Of a stretch of 64,000 nt of DNA, positions 48,167-58,329 are shown one piece after another. Source of the DNA: a virus (lineage: Duplodnaviria > Heunggongvirae > Uroviricota > Caudoviricetes); IMG/VR virus record IMGVR_UViG_3300022660_000042, one strand, 5' to 3'. Numbering within the stretch: the first letter of the stretch is position 1; each line of letters opens with the position of its first letter. A program made the translations under genes and the position numbers. The notes below the pieces were generated by a model. The model was not told the DNA's origin. It worked only from the letters and a program-made list of their open reading frames with translations, and did not search any database.

Positions 48167-48838
48167 ATGGCAACGTTTTATGTCGGTAAAGATAAGGTAA
48201 GCTGGAATGCAGTTATGCTTCGCATCGGTTCATATTTTCCGTATGTAAATGGAACTGGTGTTCGTGGCATTCCTGGTGATCCGAAACACTTTGTGCATTA
48301 CCATTCTGGCGATGACGAATATAAAATAAATGAGAAACCAGATTCGGCTTACAATTATTTCGGTGAAACCCAAATTAACCTCAAGTATGTCCCGAAGAAG
48401 CTCAAGAACGCCGAATACAATAGTTTCGTTGACTGGTTCAAGGCTGTCTATAGTTTCATCCGCGAATCCAAAGACACTGCGTCAATGAAGTCTAAGATGA
48501 AGACTCAGCAGAACCGTACAAGTAACCAACTCGAATTCTTCGGAGTCGACTCTCAACTTCAGGATGTCATGAACAAGACAGGATTCGTTCCTGCACCGTT
48601 GGACTACTGGATGAGAAAGAGCGAGACTGCGAAGAAAAACGATTGGACTACAATGAACGAAGTCAATCGGCATTATAAGAAACTCCGTGTCCAGTATGAA
48701 AAACAATTCGACAAAGACCGTAAGATTGAACTGCAGGCAGAAGTTCAGCGTAAGCAGACGGTCAAGCTGACAGTACAGGGCTTGGACGCTACTAAGATGC
48801 AGGAACTGATTTCGTTGGTCATGGAACAGTTGAAGTAA
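48167..48838 (+). CDS. hypothetical protein
   Basis: 223 aa; hairpin promoter. Confidence 0.8.
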   Translation: MATFYVGKDKVSWNAVMLRIGSYFPYVNGTGVRGIPGDPKHFVHYHSGDDEYKINEKPDSAYNYFGETQINLKYVPKKLKNAEYNSFVDWFKAVYSFIRESKDTASMKSKMKTQQNRTSNQLEFFGVDSQLQDVMNKTGFVPAPLDYWMRKSETAKKNDWTTMNEVNRHYKKLRVQYEKQFDKDRKIELQAEVQRKQTVKLTVQGLDATKMQELISLVMEQLK

Positions 48839-48911
48839 AAATAATCTTCTTTTTTCCTTTACAACTAAGTCTAAAATTCCTATATTATAGGTATAACAAA
48901 GAGGTAATTAA

Positions 48912-49271
48912 ATGAAAGACTCCGATTACAAGATTGCCAATGAAATGACTGATGAAAATTTGATTCAGCACATCCGCGATGCAGTTCCTGACTCTAAGGA
49001 CAACATGCGAGCCAGTGACATCCTGAAAAAGGAACCGTACAACGGATCTCAGCGAACCATGCTGGCCAACAAGCAGCTTCGTGCGATTACTGACACGTCG
49101 AAGTTCTATCGTCGAGCCAAGGCTTTCCTGATGAAGGAAATCAACATCAGCTTCAGCGGTACCATCTTCAGTCACTGTAACACCATCGAAGCACAGAACT
49201 TCATCAAGTACACTCGGGAAATCGTGAAACGAAACCGTGAAACAATGGAGGCTCTTGACAGGCTGGATTAA
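48912..49271 (+). CDS. hypothetical protein, CT-tag
   Basis: ends RETMEALDRLD. Confidence 0.8.
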   Translation: MKDSDYKIANEMTDENLIQHIRDAVPDSKDNMRASDILKKEPYNGSQRTMLANKQLRAITDTSKFYRRAKAFLMKEINISFSGTIFSHCNTIEAQNFIKYTREIVKRNRETMEALDRLD

Positions 49272-49304
49272 GTTTCGGCTAGTCCATAGCCCTCATGAGG
49301 TTAA

Positions 49305-49724
49305 ATGCGGGAGATCACTATGGATTACAAGAAATTAAAACGAGACGTAACGAAAGGCCTCACCAGGATGTTCGACCATCTTGGTGATACCTACACGCTC
49401 GCTGAATTCCAACAGGAAGTCTTCAGACGGACTGGATTCGTAGTGAAACCGGATTCGGACGAAACACAGTTGACTTTCCATAACGGGATAAGCGTGCATT
49501 CAAAGAACTATACGCATGAACCCACTGGTCTCACGTTCGGGGTCAGCGGTGTGTGGGGCAAGAGGATCCGTAGTACCGTAGAATTTGACGGGCATTACAC
49601 TGAACGCCTCATGCAGCAGTGCGTGAACACAGGAAACCAAATCAAAAGGACTTTATTTTATGGGAAACAAGGAAAAACAAGTTACAATGGCGATGCTTCA
49701 AAAGGTACAGGAACGAATCCGTAA
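49305..49724 (+). CDS. hypothetical protein
   Basis: GAGGT RBS. Confidence 0.65.
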   Translation: MREITMDYKKLKRDVTKGLTRMFDHLGDTYTLAEFQQEVFRRTGFVVKPDSDETQLTFHNGISVHSKNYTHEPTGLTFGVSGVWGKRIRSTVEFDGHYTERLMQQCVNTGNQIKRTLFYGKQGKTSYNGDASKGTGTNP

Positions 49725-49821
49725 CGGAACGCCCAGGTTCGGCGATCACGGTCTCGTGAAGATGTATCAGGCCAAGCTGGGAATCACAAAGGCAACACCG
49801 CAGAAAATTAAAATTATTTAA
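49660..49821 (+). CDS. 53-aa basic hypothetical protein (not in ORF track)
   Basis: AAGGA upstream; MGNKEKQVTMAML...; overlaps the previous ORF. Confidence 0.5.
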   Translation: MGNKEKQVTMAMLQKVQERIRNGTPRFGDHGLVKMYQAKLGITKATPQKIKII

Positions 49822-49893
49822 TTACTTACAACAAAGACGGAATTTTCTATATTAAGAATATCAAGCAACAAACATCAACAAAGAGGTAAGAAT

Positions 49894-50088
49894 ATGAAAG
49901 TTGCAGTTCTGAGTCGCACTGAATCCTGTGGTCGTCGCATTCTCGAAGGATGCTTCGTGGACGATCCGGTCACCGGCGAAACCGCTATGGACAAGGCCAA
50001 GAAGGCCAAGTCCAGTCTCCTGAAACGTTATTGTGCACCGAGCCGCCTCTGTGCCGATACCGAAATCGACATGATGGAGGCCCAGTAA
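49894..50088 (+). CDS. hypothetical protein
   Basis: promoter and AGAGGT RBS. Confidence 0.75.
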   Translation: MKVAVLSRTESCGRRILEGCFVDDPVTGETAMDKAKKAKSSLLKRYCAPSRLCADTEIDMMEAQ

Positions 50089-50408
50089 TGGGTAAGCGGA
50101 AGAAAGAGAGAATTCCGTCGAAAAAGATGGTTATCTCTGTCGCTATCGCCGAATATGACGAATGCGGCAGCGATGGCCTCTGCATCGACAACGTTGTAAG
50201 GTTTAAGAAGTCTTTGACCGCGGCAAAGTTTATCGCGGCGGATCTCAACAAGACCGTCGGAGACATGGCTGAGTATCTGGGCTTCGAACGTGTGAACTTC
50301 CGTGACGTTAACCGTAGCATCATGAGCCTCGACCGCGGGGAGAACAAGGAATGGCAGACTCCTGAAGGTACTCCGACATGGTTGAAGTGGAAGGTATTCC
50401 GTCACTAA
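50088..50408 (+). CDS. hypothetical protein
   Basis: TAATG overlap, GGAGG RBS; starts MGKRKK. Confidence 0.7.
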   Translation: MGKRKKERIPSKKMVISVAIAEYDECGSDGLCIDNVVRFKKSLTAAKFIAADLNKTVGDMAEYLGFERVNFRDVNRSIMSLDRGENKEWQTPEGTPTWLKWKVFRH

Positions 50409-50498
50409 AATTTCACACAAAGAACGTTTACGGAATTAGAATATTTTATTATATTTTAATTCCGAACAAACATTAACAATCAAACCAAAGGAAAAAAT

Positions 50499-50786
50499 AT
50501 GAAGAGCAATTTTGTTGAATCCGAAGCCAAGTCTGAATCCAAGCGTGGTCGTCTGAAGAAGGACTCGCTCGAATTCGTCCTCAAGCACGCAGTCCAGCCG
50601 GGTCGCGGACGTAAGCTTCTCAAGGCGAACTGTGCCGAACTTGCAATCCAGGCCGGTCACGGTGTCGCTGGCTATCATGCAATCTGGTATCGCGAAGGCG
50701 ACGGCGTGAAGTTCGGCTGTAAGTCTGATCTGTATTTCCATCAGACCTGTCAGAAGCTCGGCTACACCGTCATCAAGGTTAAGTAG
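50499..50786 (+). CDS. hypothetical protein
   Basis: AAGGA RBS. Confidence 0.75.
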   Translation: MKSNFVESEAKSESKRGRLKKDSLEFVLKHAVQPGRGRKLLKANCAELAIQAGHGVAGYHAIWYREGDGVKFGCKSDLYFHQTCQKLGYTVIKVK

Positions 50787-50871
50787 CAAGCCCGCGAAAA
50801 AATATTCTAAAGTCCAGACTTACAAAAGTCTGGATTTTTTCTATATTATAAACATAACGACGAGGTAATAA

Positions 50872-51159
50872 ATGATTATTGAATACGCTTGGAAACCGGA
50901 GTATGACGGAGGCTGGCTTGATACCAACGAACTCCAGCAATGTGTACCCATAAAAGATGACGAATTGCACATGCATTTCAAAGGTGGCGACGATACCTAT
51001 ATCAGGGCCGGCGGATATATTATTGTCAACGGTGTAAGAATTAGCGGGAATAAGGCAATTTCACGTAAGCTCCATGAAATCGTGTCAATCGAACGTCTTG
51101 GTGAATCAAACGCGGCCATTGTACTCTCGAATAAAAAATCCACCAAGAAAAAAGTTTAA
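50872..51159 (+). CDS. family A-like protein with extended tail
   Basis: YIIVNGVRI...IVSIERLG plus extension. Confidence 0.75.
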   Translation: MIIEYAWKPEYDGGWLDTNELQQCVPIKDDELHMHFKGGDDTYIRAGGYIIVNGVRISGNKAISRKLHEIVSIERLGESNAAIVLSNKKSTKKKV

Positions 51160-51207
51160 AACCTATCCAGATTTTTCTATATTATGAATATCAACGAGAG
51201 GTAACGA

Positions 51208-51789
51208 ATGCTTATTTTAAATAATCCTAATCTGGTAAGGATGAGCCGACAACATGGATTCTGGTATGGCAAGATTCATATCAAGGTACAACGTTTTGAC
51301 GTCTATGCCATCTTGACTACCAAAGAACATGGAAGCTGGAAAACTCCGCTTACACAGCCTGTGTTCGTTGAATACCGCAGACAGTTGAAAATCTGGTTAC
51401 AAGAAGAACGTGTCAAAGCCGATGCGAGAAGCGAAGCACGAAAGAAGACACTTGCGGCGAACAAGGCTAACAGTCCTTGGACCGCATTCGAATGGCGTAA
51501 GAAGTTCCTGTTGGAAATGGGCTGGTATACGGATCGTGTCCGCGGTGGAAGTGCGTTCCAGTTCCATGAAGTCTTGCGACTTGCACCTGATGCTATCGAC
51601 GAAAAGGCCAAGTGTTTCTACACCGGTTGTATTGACTTCGTGAGGAAACCTCTTGGAAGGTATGAAGCGAAGAGAATCTACTCGCCTGAATCGTATGCGG
51701 CGGCAATAGCCAAGGTAAAGGAAGACATGCTCGCAGAAAGCAAAATAGAATATAACAAGACAATGAAGGCTATCGAGGCACTTGCGTAA
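51208..51789 (+). CDS. hypothetical protein, CT-tag
   Basis: 193 aa; ends KTMKAIEALA. Confidence 0.8.
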   Translation: MLILNNPNLVRMSRQHGFWYGKIHIKVQRFDVYAILTTKEHGSWKTPLTQPVFVEYRRQLKIWLQEERVKADARSEARKKTLAANKANSPWTAFEWRKKFLLEMGWYTDRVRGGSAFQFHEVLRLAPDAIDEKAKCFYTGCIDFVRKPLGRYEAKRIYSPESYAAAIAKVKEDMLAESKIEYNKTMKAIEALA

Positions 51790-51862
51790 ATAATAATCTT
51801 TAATCTCTTGTTTACGACTTCTGAATATTTAACTATATTATAGACATAAACAAGAGGTTATT

Positions 51863-52339
51863 ATGATTGAAATTGAAGAAAAGTTTTTGAAGCCCGCGAT
51901 TGAAATTGCACAGGAAATCATTGGTGATGCCGGTAAAATTTTCAAGGTGAAAGATGGTGACCTCAAGGATCTTGAATTCTGTCTGGCCATGATGACCGAT
52001 AATGACAAGCATGCCTGGCAAGTAAGAATGGCGACGATTAACCTGGAAGTTGCACGAAAGGAACGTGAAGTTGAAGACGCAATGAACTGGGACCGTGTAG
52101 AAAAAGCTCGTCTTGCTGCCGAAACGCCGTATATCTATGGTGACGAACATCGTTGGTGGTGCTTGGTCACTGACCTCGTGGCATGTTTCTTTGATGGACG
52201 TTTTGCAAAACATAACGACGAAGAAGTGGACTTCTATTGCGATATGATTCCGTTATTGCGTGAAGACTGTACAACTGAACAAACAGCAATGGCAGGTCGG
52301 GTTGCTAAGATACGAGTATGCAGAAATAGCGGACTTTAA
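51863..52339 (+). CDS. hypothetical protein
   Basis: cassette-type promoter and RBS. Confidence 0.8.
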   Translation: MIEIEEKFLKPAIEIAQEIIGDAGKIFKVKDGDLKDLEFCLAMMTDNDKHAWQVRMATINLEVARKEREVEDAMNWDRVEKARLAAETPYIYGDEHRWWCLVTDLVACFFDGRFAKHNDEEVDFYCDMIPLLREDCTTEQTAMAGRVAKIRVCRNSGL

Positions 52340-52387
52340 TAAAAAGTGGTTTACAATGAAGAAGTAAATAACTATATTTGAACAGCT

Positions 52388-52471
52388 GGCCTTGTGGTGA
52401 AATTGGTATACACATTTGACTTAAGATCAAACGCCGGTAACGGCATGAGAGTTCGAGTCTCTCCGGGGCTA
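52388..52471 (+). tRNA. tRNA-Leu(TAA)
   Basis: GGCCTTG/CGGGGCT acceptor, TTTGA-CTTAAGA-TCAAA anticodon arm, long variable arm, GAGAG-TTCGAGT-CTCTC T arm; own promoter; no encoded CCA. Confidence 0.93.
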
Positions 52472-52519
52472 TTCTGGTAAACATTGCGGATTTGGTAAAC
52501 ATTCCTTTATAAATAAAAT

Positions 52520-53002
52520 ATGAAGGAAAATGATTTATCAGATCAAGAGTTTATCGAAATTGTTAAACAAACCAAATCTATGTTGTATGCGTCTAAACTT
52601 TGTGGCATGGCATATACTACATTTATTAGGCGGGCTAAAAAACTAGGCGTTTATGAACCAAATCAAAGCGGAAAAGGTTTACCTAAAAAACAACCGTTAA
52701 CACCGTTAAATGAAATTTTTAATGGAATGCATCCAGAATATCAGACCTATAAATTAAAAATAAGGTTGATACGAGAAGGATATATAGAAGACAAATGCTC
52801 TATATGCGGATGGGATAAAAAGCCTGCGGGAAGAGAATTTACACCATGCGAGCTTGACCATATAAATGGAAATCCAACCGACCATAGATTAGAAAATTTG
52901 CGTTTAATATGCCCGAATTGCCATAGTTTAACACAAACATATAGATTTAGGCGCGGTAAAACTAATAATAAGAATGGAAAAGAATTTTTAGAAAACAGTT
53001 AG
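52520..53002 (+). CDS. HNH homing endonuclease
   Basis: CSIC, ELDHINGNPTDHRLENLRLICPNCH; TATAAATA at 52508-52515. Confidence 0.92.
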   Translation: MKENDLSDQEFIEIVKQTKSMLYASKLCGMAYTTFIRRAKKLGVYEPNQSGKGLPKKQPLTPLNEIFNGMHPEYQTYKLKIRLIREGYIEDKCSICGWDKKPAGREFTPCELDHINGNPTDHRLENLRLICPNCHSLTQTYRFRRGKTNNKNGKEFLENS

Positions 53003-53026
53003 CCTCCTTCTTTGGGTTGAAGGGAA

Positions 53027-53060
53027 CCGGTAGATCTGTAAGGGTCTGCCGGTTTTTTAT
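53027..53060 (+). terminator. intrinsic terminator
   Basis: ACCGGTAGATC/GGTCTGCCGGT stem followed by a T tract. Confidence 0.7.
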
Positions 53061-53110
53061 TTCTAATTATTTCTATTTACAAGATATTCAGAATTTACTA
53101 TATTATAGTC

Positions 53111-53398
53111 ATGGAAATCAATAAGACTATTAAAATTAAACACGGCCGCGGCCAATCGATGCTAGAGTTAAAAATCCGCAACATTCTGGATGTCGTAAAA
53201 TCGACGGGATATATCGAGCTTAGATTCTGGAGTCCGGAAGATAGCCATAAAAAGTTTTTATACATTTTCGACGACGAACCGATTACGTGGTACGACAAGG
53301 ACGGTAACGAATCCACTGACTACGAGAAGTTGGTAGATACGTTGTCGGTTTACGCCGAACAGACGAAACTAAAAGATGCCCTGGCAAGTCTGAATTAA
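53111..53398 (+). CDS. small protein, CT-tag, leaderless
   Basis: ends KDALASLN. Confidence 0.8.
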   Translation: MEINKTIKIKHGRGQSMLELKIRNILDVVKSTGYIELRFWSPEDSHKKFLYIFDDEPITWYDKDGNESTDYEKLVDTLSVYAEQTKLKDALASLN

Positions 53399-53468
53399 AA
53401 CTCAATTAGATTTTGATTTACAAGACTTTTAGAATTTTCTATATTATAGTCATGCAAGAGAGGTTAAA

Positions 53469-53774
53469 ATGGTAATTCACGGTACTAATAGTGATGACAT
53501 GCCGATACTGTTTGATACGACGAAGATCGATGCAACATACTGTTGCCAGAATGATCACGGTTTATGGAAAGTTGTATTGACCCTTAGTAACGGCCTGGAA
53601 TTCTGGTTGCCGCGATATAACACTATCAAAATCAACGGCGTCAACATTATGCATGAGGGCGATATGGCTAAGTATAAGAAGATGGCCGAGGTCATCAATA
53701 CAATCATTGATCTCGAACGTCAGGACCCTCCGATAGACATGGAAAAGTACGCTGAGATTGGCAAGTCGAAGTAA
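53469..53774 (+). CDS. family A-like protein (DPPxD subfamily)
   Basis: IKINGVNI...LERQDPPIDMEK. Confidence 0.8.
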   Translation: MVIHGTNSDDMPILFDTTKIDATYCCQNDHGLWKVVLTLSNGLEFWLPRYNTIKINGVNIMHEGDMAKYKKMAEVINTIIDLERQDPPIDMEKYAEIGKSK

Positions 53775-53828
53775 AGAAAAACTAAATAAGTCGTTTCCAA
53801 ACTTCTAATAATTTCCTATATTATAGTC

Positions 53829-54227
53829 ATGAGCATTAACAAGACATCAAAACTGCTTCGCATTCTTAAAACACATACTGGTCTGATTCAAACAAAGCCA
53901 GTCGGAAAGGAATTGAGGTTTGACTACAACTTTCAAGGGTTTCATCTGCCTGTTGTAGAACCGTATCTCATGAGTGAAGGTTATCTTCAAAAGAAGTATT
54001 TTTGGATTTATAACTTTTTTGACTATTCACACCTGCATGACTATTGCATGGAAGACATATTGTCTGGTAGAAATAATGTAAACAATAATACTGTATTCGT
54101 AGTCCAGTATGACAGGATGACAGTGCCCAAGCTGCCTAAGTTTATTGACCAACAAATTGAATACATCCAAAAGGCTATCATGCGGTTTGAACAGCAAAAG
54201 ATTGAAAAGGCATTGGATGCTCTGTAA
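53829..54227 (+). CDS. small protein, CT-tag, leaderless
   Basis: ends IEKALDAL. Confidence 0.8.
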   Translation: MSINKTSKLLRILKTHTGLIQTKPVGKELRFDYNFQGFHLPVVEPYLMSEGYLQKKYFWIYNFFDYSHLHDYCMEDILSGRNNVNNNTVFVVQYDRMTVPKLPKFIDQQIEYIQKAIMRFEQQKIEKALDAL

Positions 54228-54300
54228 TAAAATTCTTTAAACAAATCGTTTCCAATCTTCTAACAATTTTCTATATTATGAATATCAACGAGAGGCTATA

Positions 54301-54642
54301 ATGTTTATCACCGGCTATAAAACAATGAATAACATAAAAGTCCCGATGTGTTTCGAGACAAAGGACATTTGCGCTATTATACCGTTTTTGAATGACGGAC
54401 ATTATTGGGAAGGTCGAATAAGGAAGGAAGACCGCGTAATAACTATCTTTCTTAATACGATAGGCGGGCAACAGATCGGTATTTCTGATGGCGAAACTAT
54501 CATGATTAACGGTGTTCCGGTAACGAATGACTGCACGGAAAATGCACTTAAGATTATCGAGCACTTTATGATGTGCATGAATCTGGAGACTACTGATCCT
54601 CCCGTGGACTTGGACAAGCTGAAAGAAAAAGTTAAGAAATAA
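54301..54642 (+). CDS. family A-like protein (DPPxD subfamily)
   Basis: IMINGVPV...LETTDPPVDLDK. Confidence 0.8.
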   Translation: MFITGYKTMNNIKVPMCFETKDICAIIPFLNDGHYWEGRIRKEDRVITIFLNTIGGQQIGISDGETIMINGVPVTNDCTENALKIIEHFMMCMNLETTDPPVDLDKLKEKVKK

Positions 54643-54680
54643 AGGTTTACAACATTCGGATATTTAACTATATTTAGAAC

Positions 54681-54977
54681 ATGAAACGAATCAAGATTGA
54701 ACGCCTCACGGAAAAAGACTTATTTATCCCGTATGAGAAGATAGTTGGAGTAACCGGCGGGCCAAGTACGATTCTGATAGATTACAAGACCGTCGACGAT
54801 ATGGGCTGGCATGTATGGCTCGCAAACGAGACCACGATGAGCTGGACAAGAATCGACGACGACGGAAGCCAGGTAAAGAATACGCTGGTAACTAACGAGG
54901 ATTTCAAGGCGTTTGTCGAATTCCTCACCGCAGTTGCCAAACAGAACGAGAGTGTCAAGGCGATAGAAAGTTTATAG
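54681..54977 (+). CDS. small protein, CT-tag, leaderless
   Basis: ends SVKAIESL. Confidence 0.8.
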   Translation: MKRIKIERLTEKDLFIPYEKIVGVTGGPSTILIDYKTVDDMGWHVWLANETTMSWTRIDDDGSQVKNTLVTNEDFKAFVEFLTAVAKQNESVKAIESL

Positions 54978-55069
54978 TTATGGAACACCGCAATAAAAAT
55001 TTTACTAGATTCCGGGTTTACAAGTTCCAAGAATTTAACTATAACAATAAACAAAAAGGAAACAAAATC

Positions 55070-55600
55070 ATGAGTACTAAAAGTGCAGAAGAAACCATCC
55101 GCGGACTGATTCAGGCCGCTAAGGAAAACGCTCCCGAACACCAGACGGTCGACGGAATCGAATCCTGGAAGATTACCATGGACGGTGAAGTCTACAAGGT
55201 GTCTGTCGCGGACCGCAAGGCGAAGACCGGTCGAGCGTTCAACTGTCATGGCCTGGTGAAGATTCTCCCGGACGGAACGGAAGAAACGGTTAACCTCGGC
55301 GCCTGGAAGAAGAAGTTGTTCTACACTCTGGCCTACAACCTCCAGCAGGGCAAGGTGTTCAAGAAGAACGAACAGAATCCGACCAAGGTGAAGGCAATCG
55401 TCAAGGACATGAAGGAAAACCCGGCCAACTACACCAAGAGCGAAGACCTTATCCAGGGCACGTTCAACGGCAAGCCGATTACCGTTTCCCGCACGAAGAA
55501 GACCTACAAGTCTGGCAAGAGCATGTATCGCATCACGATGAGCGAATGCGGCATCGTCACCCTGAAGGGTTCCCAGCTCCAGCCGCTCTTCAAGGCATAA
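55070..55600 (+). CDS. basic hypothetical protein
   Basis: AAAGGA RBS before MSTKSAEE. Confidence 0.8.
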   Translation: MSTKSAEETIRGLIQAAKENAPEHQTVDGIESWKITMDGEVYKVSVADRKAKTGRAFNCHGLVKILPDGTEETVNLGAWKKKLFYTLAYNLQQGKVFKKNEQNPTKVKAIVKDMKENPANYTKSEDLIQGTFNGKPITVSRTKKTYKSGKSMYRITMSECGIVTLKGSQLQPLFKA

Positions 55601-55681
55601 CCGAAAGAAAAAACCCAAATGTTTCTGTTTACGCCTTGTCCATGGTTTTCTATATTGTAATTAACAACGAGAGGAAAGATT

Positions 55682-55843
55682 ATGGACAAGGCTAAAGAAA
55701 CAAAGAGAATGCGTGATGAAAGAATCAAAGAATCCGAAAACGGTCGCAAGCTCCGAACCAAAACTGTCCGAGACCGAACAAAGTATACCCGAAAAGGAAA
55801 ACTTCGTTTTGACAGTAAAACAGGAGAGATACAACGGCCTTAG
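55682..55843 (+). CDS. 53-aa basic protein, ArfA-like motif (not in ORF track)
   Basis: promoter and GAGAGGA RBS; RKLRTKTVRDRTKYTRKGK. Confidence 0.45.
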   Translation: MDKAKETKRMRDERIKESENGRKLRTKTVRDRTKYTRKGKLRFDSKTGEIQRP

Positions 55844-56063
55844 CCGCAACATCTACGCTGTTGACCTCGTGAAGATCGAAGAAGACGAATATGACCCGGA
55901 GGAATACGAACTGACCTATAACGGGCCGGGCGGAACACATACGTTGTCTATTCGTAAAAAGGACACGTACCTTGTCAACGGAAAGGAAATCCCTTTCGAA
56001 AAGGTACAGGCCTATCTCGAGAACCTGAGGACCGCTGCTGTAATCGATGCTCTCCCGGAATAA
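55713..56063 (+). CDS. family A-like protein, CT-tag (start uncertain)
   Basis: YLVNGKEI...AAVIDALPE; 5' part overlaps the ArfA-like ORF. Confidence 0.7.
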   Translation: MMKESKNPKTVASSEPKLSETEQSIPEKENFVLTVKQERYNGLSRNIYAVDLVKIEEDEYDPEEYELTYNGPGGTHTLSIRKKDTYLVNGKEIPFEKVQAYLENLRTAAVIDALPE

Positions 56064-56141
56064 TTATTTTCTTCCTTGTCGTTTACAAAAAGAGAAAATT
56101 ATTCTATATTAAAAATATCAACCAACAACAAGAGGTAATAA

Positions 56142-56786
56142 ATGTCTGAAAAGAACGAATCCGTAGAACAGAAGGCCGAAGCCCAGCAGGAAGCACCCAA
56201 GGTCATCTACATCTACAAGAAACACAAGAACAAGAAGAAAAAGAAGACGAATCCCAAGCCCTGTCACAACGGCGGTTATCGCATGGCCGATTTGGAAAAG
56301 GTCATGACTCCGCTCGAACTCGCCCAGTATAACAAGAAGAAGGAAGATCTTAACAAGGCCCTTACGGAACTCAACAAGCTCAAGACGCAGGCCAACAACC
56401 TCAGTGAATATACGGACCGGGTGTTTAATCGCCTCAGTCTCGGTAACATCGACGGTTACATCAAGCTTCTCTCCAAGCAGGTCAGACCGCTTCTTGAAAA
56501 TATCAAGCGCTGGAAGAGCTGTGTCAATGATATTCGTGCCGATATTAAGGGAATCCTTGCACCGGCCATCAAGCGTCTTGACAATATCAATTCCAAGGAA
56601 CCGTACAAGCCGCAGGAAGTTCTTCGCCGCTTTACAGCCGATGTCAAGGCCGGCGAAAGCACTCCGAAGAAGGGAAGCTACACCCTCAGCCGACACGATG
56701 CTCTCGTGCTTGTGAAGGAAATTTCCGATGTCATCACTGGAAATCCCAAGGCACAACGCATTGAAATCTTTATCGCATCGAATTAG
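56142..56786 (+). CDS. coiled-coil hypothetical protein
   Basis: Lys-rich N-terminus and heptad segment. Confidence 0.8.
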   Translation: MSEKNESVEQKAEAQQEAPKVIYIYKKHKNKKKKKTNPKPCHNGGYRMADLEKVMTPLELAQYNKKKEDLNKALTELNKLKTQANNLSEYTDRVFNRLSLGNIDGYIKLLSKQVRPLLENIKRWKSCVNDIRADIKGILAPAIKRLDNINSKEPYKPQEVLRRFTADVKAGESTPKKGSYTLSRHDALVLVKEISDVITGNPKAQRIEIFIASN

Positions 56787-56893
56787 AGTTTATCCTCTAG
56801 TTGATTGGGACGGACGATCTACAGGATCGCCCGTCTTTTTATTTGGCAATATTTTATGTTTACGACTTCTATGTATTTTATTATATTTGGAAT

Positions 56894-57277
56894 ATGAGGT
56901 TATTACTAAACATTGAACAGATTGCAAAAGAACTTGGACTTGAATGCTGGAACGAATCCGGTTTTGTCAATGTCCGAATCGGTATGGCTGACTGGGATGG
57001 GACAGGTATCGAAACCGACATGGTTATAAAATACTATCATGGACCATATACCGACGAATGGGGTCATACCGCGATGAAACGTGAAGAATTCCAGTTGATA
57101 ACTAGACAACTATTCCCCGGGTCTATATCTTTAAACTACATAGACAACGATGACAAGCTTTTTTCGTTCTTGGCTGGGTTTATATTGGTCAAGAATGATA
57201 TTGGCTCATGGAGAAAAAACTACATAACTGCCCAATATAACCGGGAAATGGAAGCGATGCTGGCGGTCCTGAGCTAA
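56894..57277 (+). CDS. small protein, CT-tag, leaderless
   Basis: TATATT-N6-ATG 56894; ends EAMLAVLS. Confidence 0.75.
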   Translation: MRLLLNIEQIAKELGLECWNESGFVNVRIGMADWDGTGIETDMVIKYYHGPYTDEWGHTAMKREEFQLITRQLFPGSISLNYIDNDDKLFSFLAGFILVKNDIGSWRKNYITAQYNREMEAMLAVLS

Positions 57278-57331
57278 AAATTCTCTTCCGTTCCTGTTTA
57301 CATCTTCCGAATATTTACCTATATTATAAGC

Positions 57332-57676
57332 ATGGAAGCAAAAGTAAGTTCTTTAACAAATGCACAGGTCAAACAGTTACGTGCAGAAGGTATATTGGAT
57401 TCGGAAGGTGCATATAACCTGCCTACTTCATCGTTTTTTGAAGCACTTACTGTAAACAATATGCTTTGGGAGTATAAGGAAAGCGAGTTTGACAGTTGTT
57501 ATCTAAAAAACGGTAGACTAGAGTGTAAGTTTGAGCCTGGCTCAGTACCTGTCGTTAAAAGTAGCCGTAAAGAGTTGTATAATTATGCGGTAACTGTGCA
57601 TAAGAGGCTTTGGTCCATTTATAATAAGCTTCGCAACAAGGAACTGTTGGACATGATTGATAAGAACCTGGGATAA
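57332..57676 (+). CDS. small protein, CT-tag variant, leaderless
   Basis: ends LLDMIDKNLG. Confidence 0.8.
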   Translation: MEAKVSSLTNAQVKQLRAEGILDSEGAYNLPTSSFFEALTVNNMLWEYKESEFDSCYLKNGRLECKFEPGSVPVVKSSRKELYNYAVTVHKRLWSIYNKLRNKELLDMIDKNLG

Positions 57677-57756
57677 TCCGTAATAAAATTTCCTTTGGTT
57701 TGAGTTTACAACTTCCGACTATTTAACTATATTTAGAACATAAACAAGAGGTTATA

Positions 57757-58251
57757 ATGTTTATCGAATTCTTCAAAAGATTTTTGCCCGGTGTTAAATC
57801 GTTCCATGACATGGTGCAGGACAGGAAAAATTATATCGATGCGCTCCGTAGAACTACACCGTCGATTTTAAGAAAGAGTCTAAACCATGTAACAGACCGT
57901 AAGTTTATGAAAGATCTCTTGAGACGTCTGTATTGTTATAAGGACCATTCTGTTCGTTATCGGATTGTCTTTACAGATAACCTCACTTATGGTGGTAGTC
58001 TCAAAACCATTTTTAATATAAACAAGAATTTTGGCCTTGCATTTGACGAATCTGAAATCAGGTTCTATTTCAACAACGATTTACAACTTGCCGATTACGA
58101 CTATGAAACAACGATAAAGGAAACGCTTGACCAAATCTTAAGTCCTTATGACCTTATGGTTATACAGGATGACTACCATAGAAATATAATAACTCCTGTC
58201 AGCGATGCCGATAAGGAACTTGCGACCTATTGTCGTAATGCCTGGGACTAA
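57757..58251 (+). CDS. hypothetical protein
   Basis: cassette-type promoter and RBS. Confidence 0.8.
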   Translation: MFIEFFKRFLPGVKSFHDMVQDRKNYIDALRRTTPSILRKSLNHVTDRKFMKDLLRRLYCYKDHSVRYRIVFTDNLTYGGSLKTIFNINKNFGLAFDESEIRFYFNNDLQLADYDYETTIKETLDQILSPYDLMVIQDDYHRNIITPVSDADKELATYCRNAWD

Positions 58252-58329
58252 TCGAAAAGAATTTTAGAAAAGATTTGGCTTACAACTTCTAAATCTTTTT
58301 CTATATTAAGAATATCAAAAGAGGAATAA

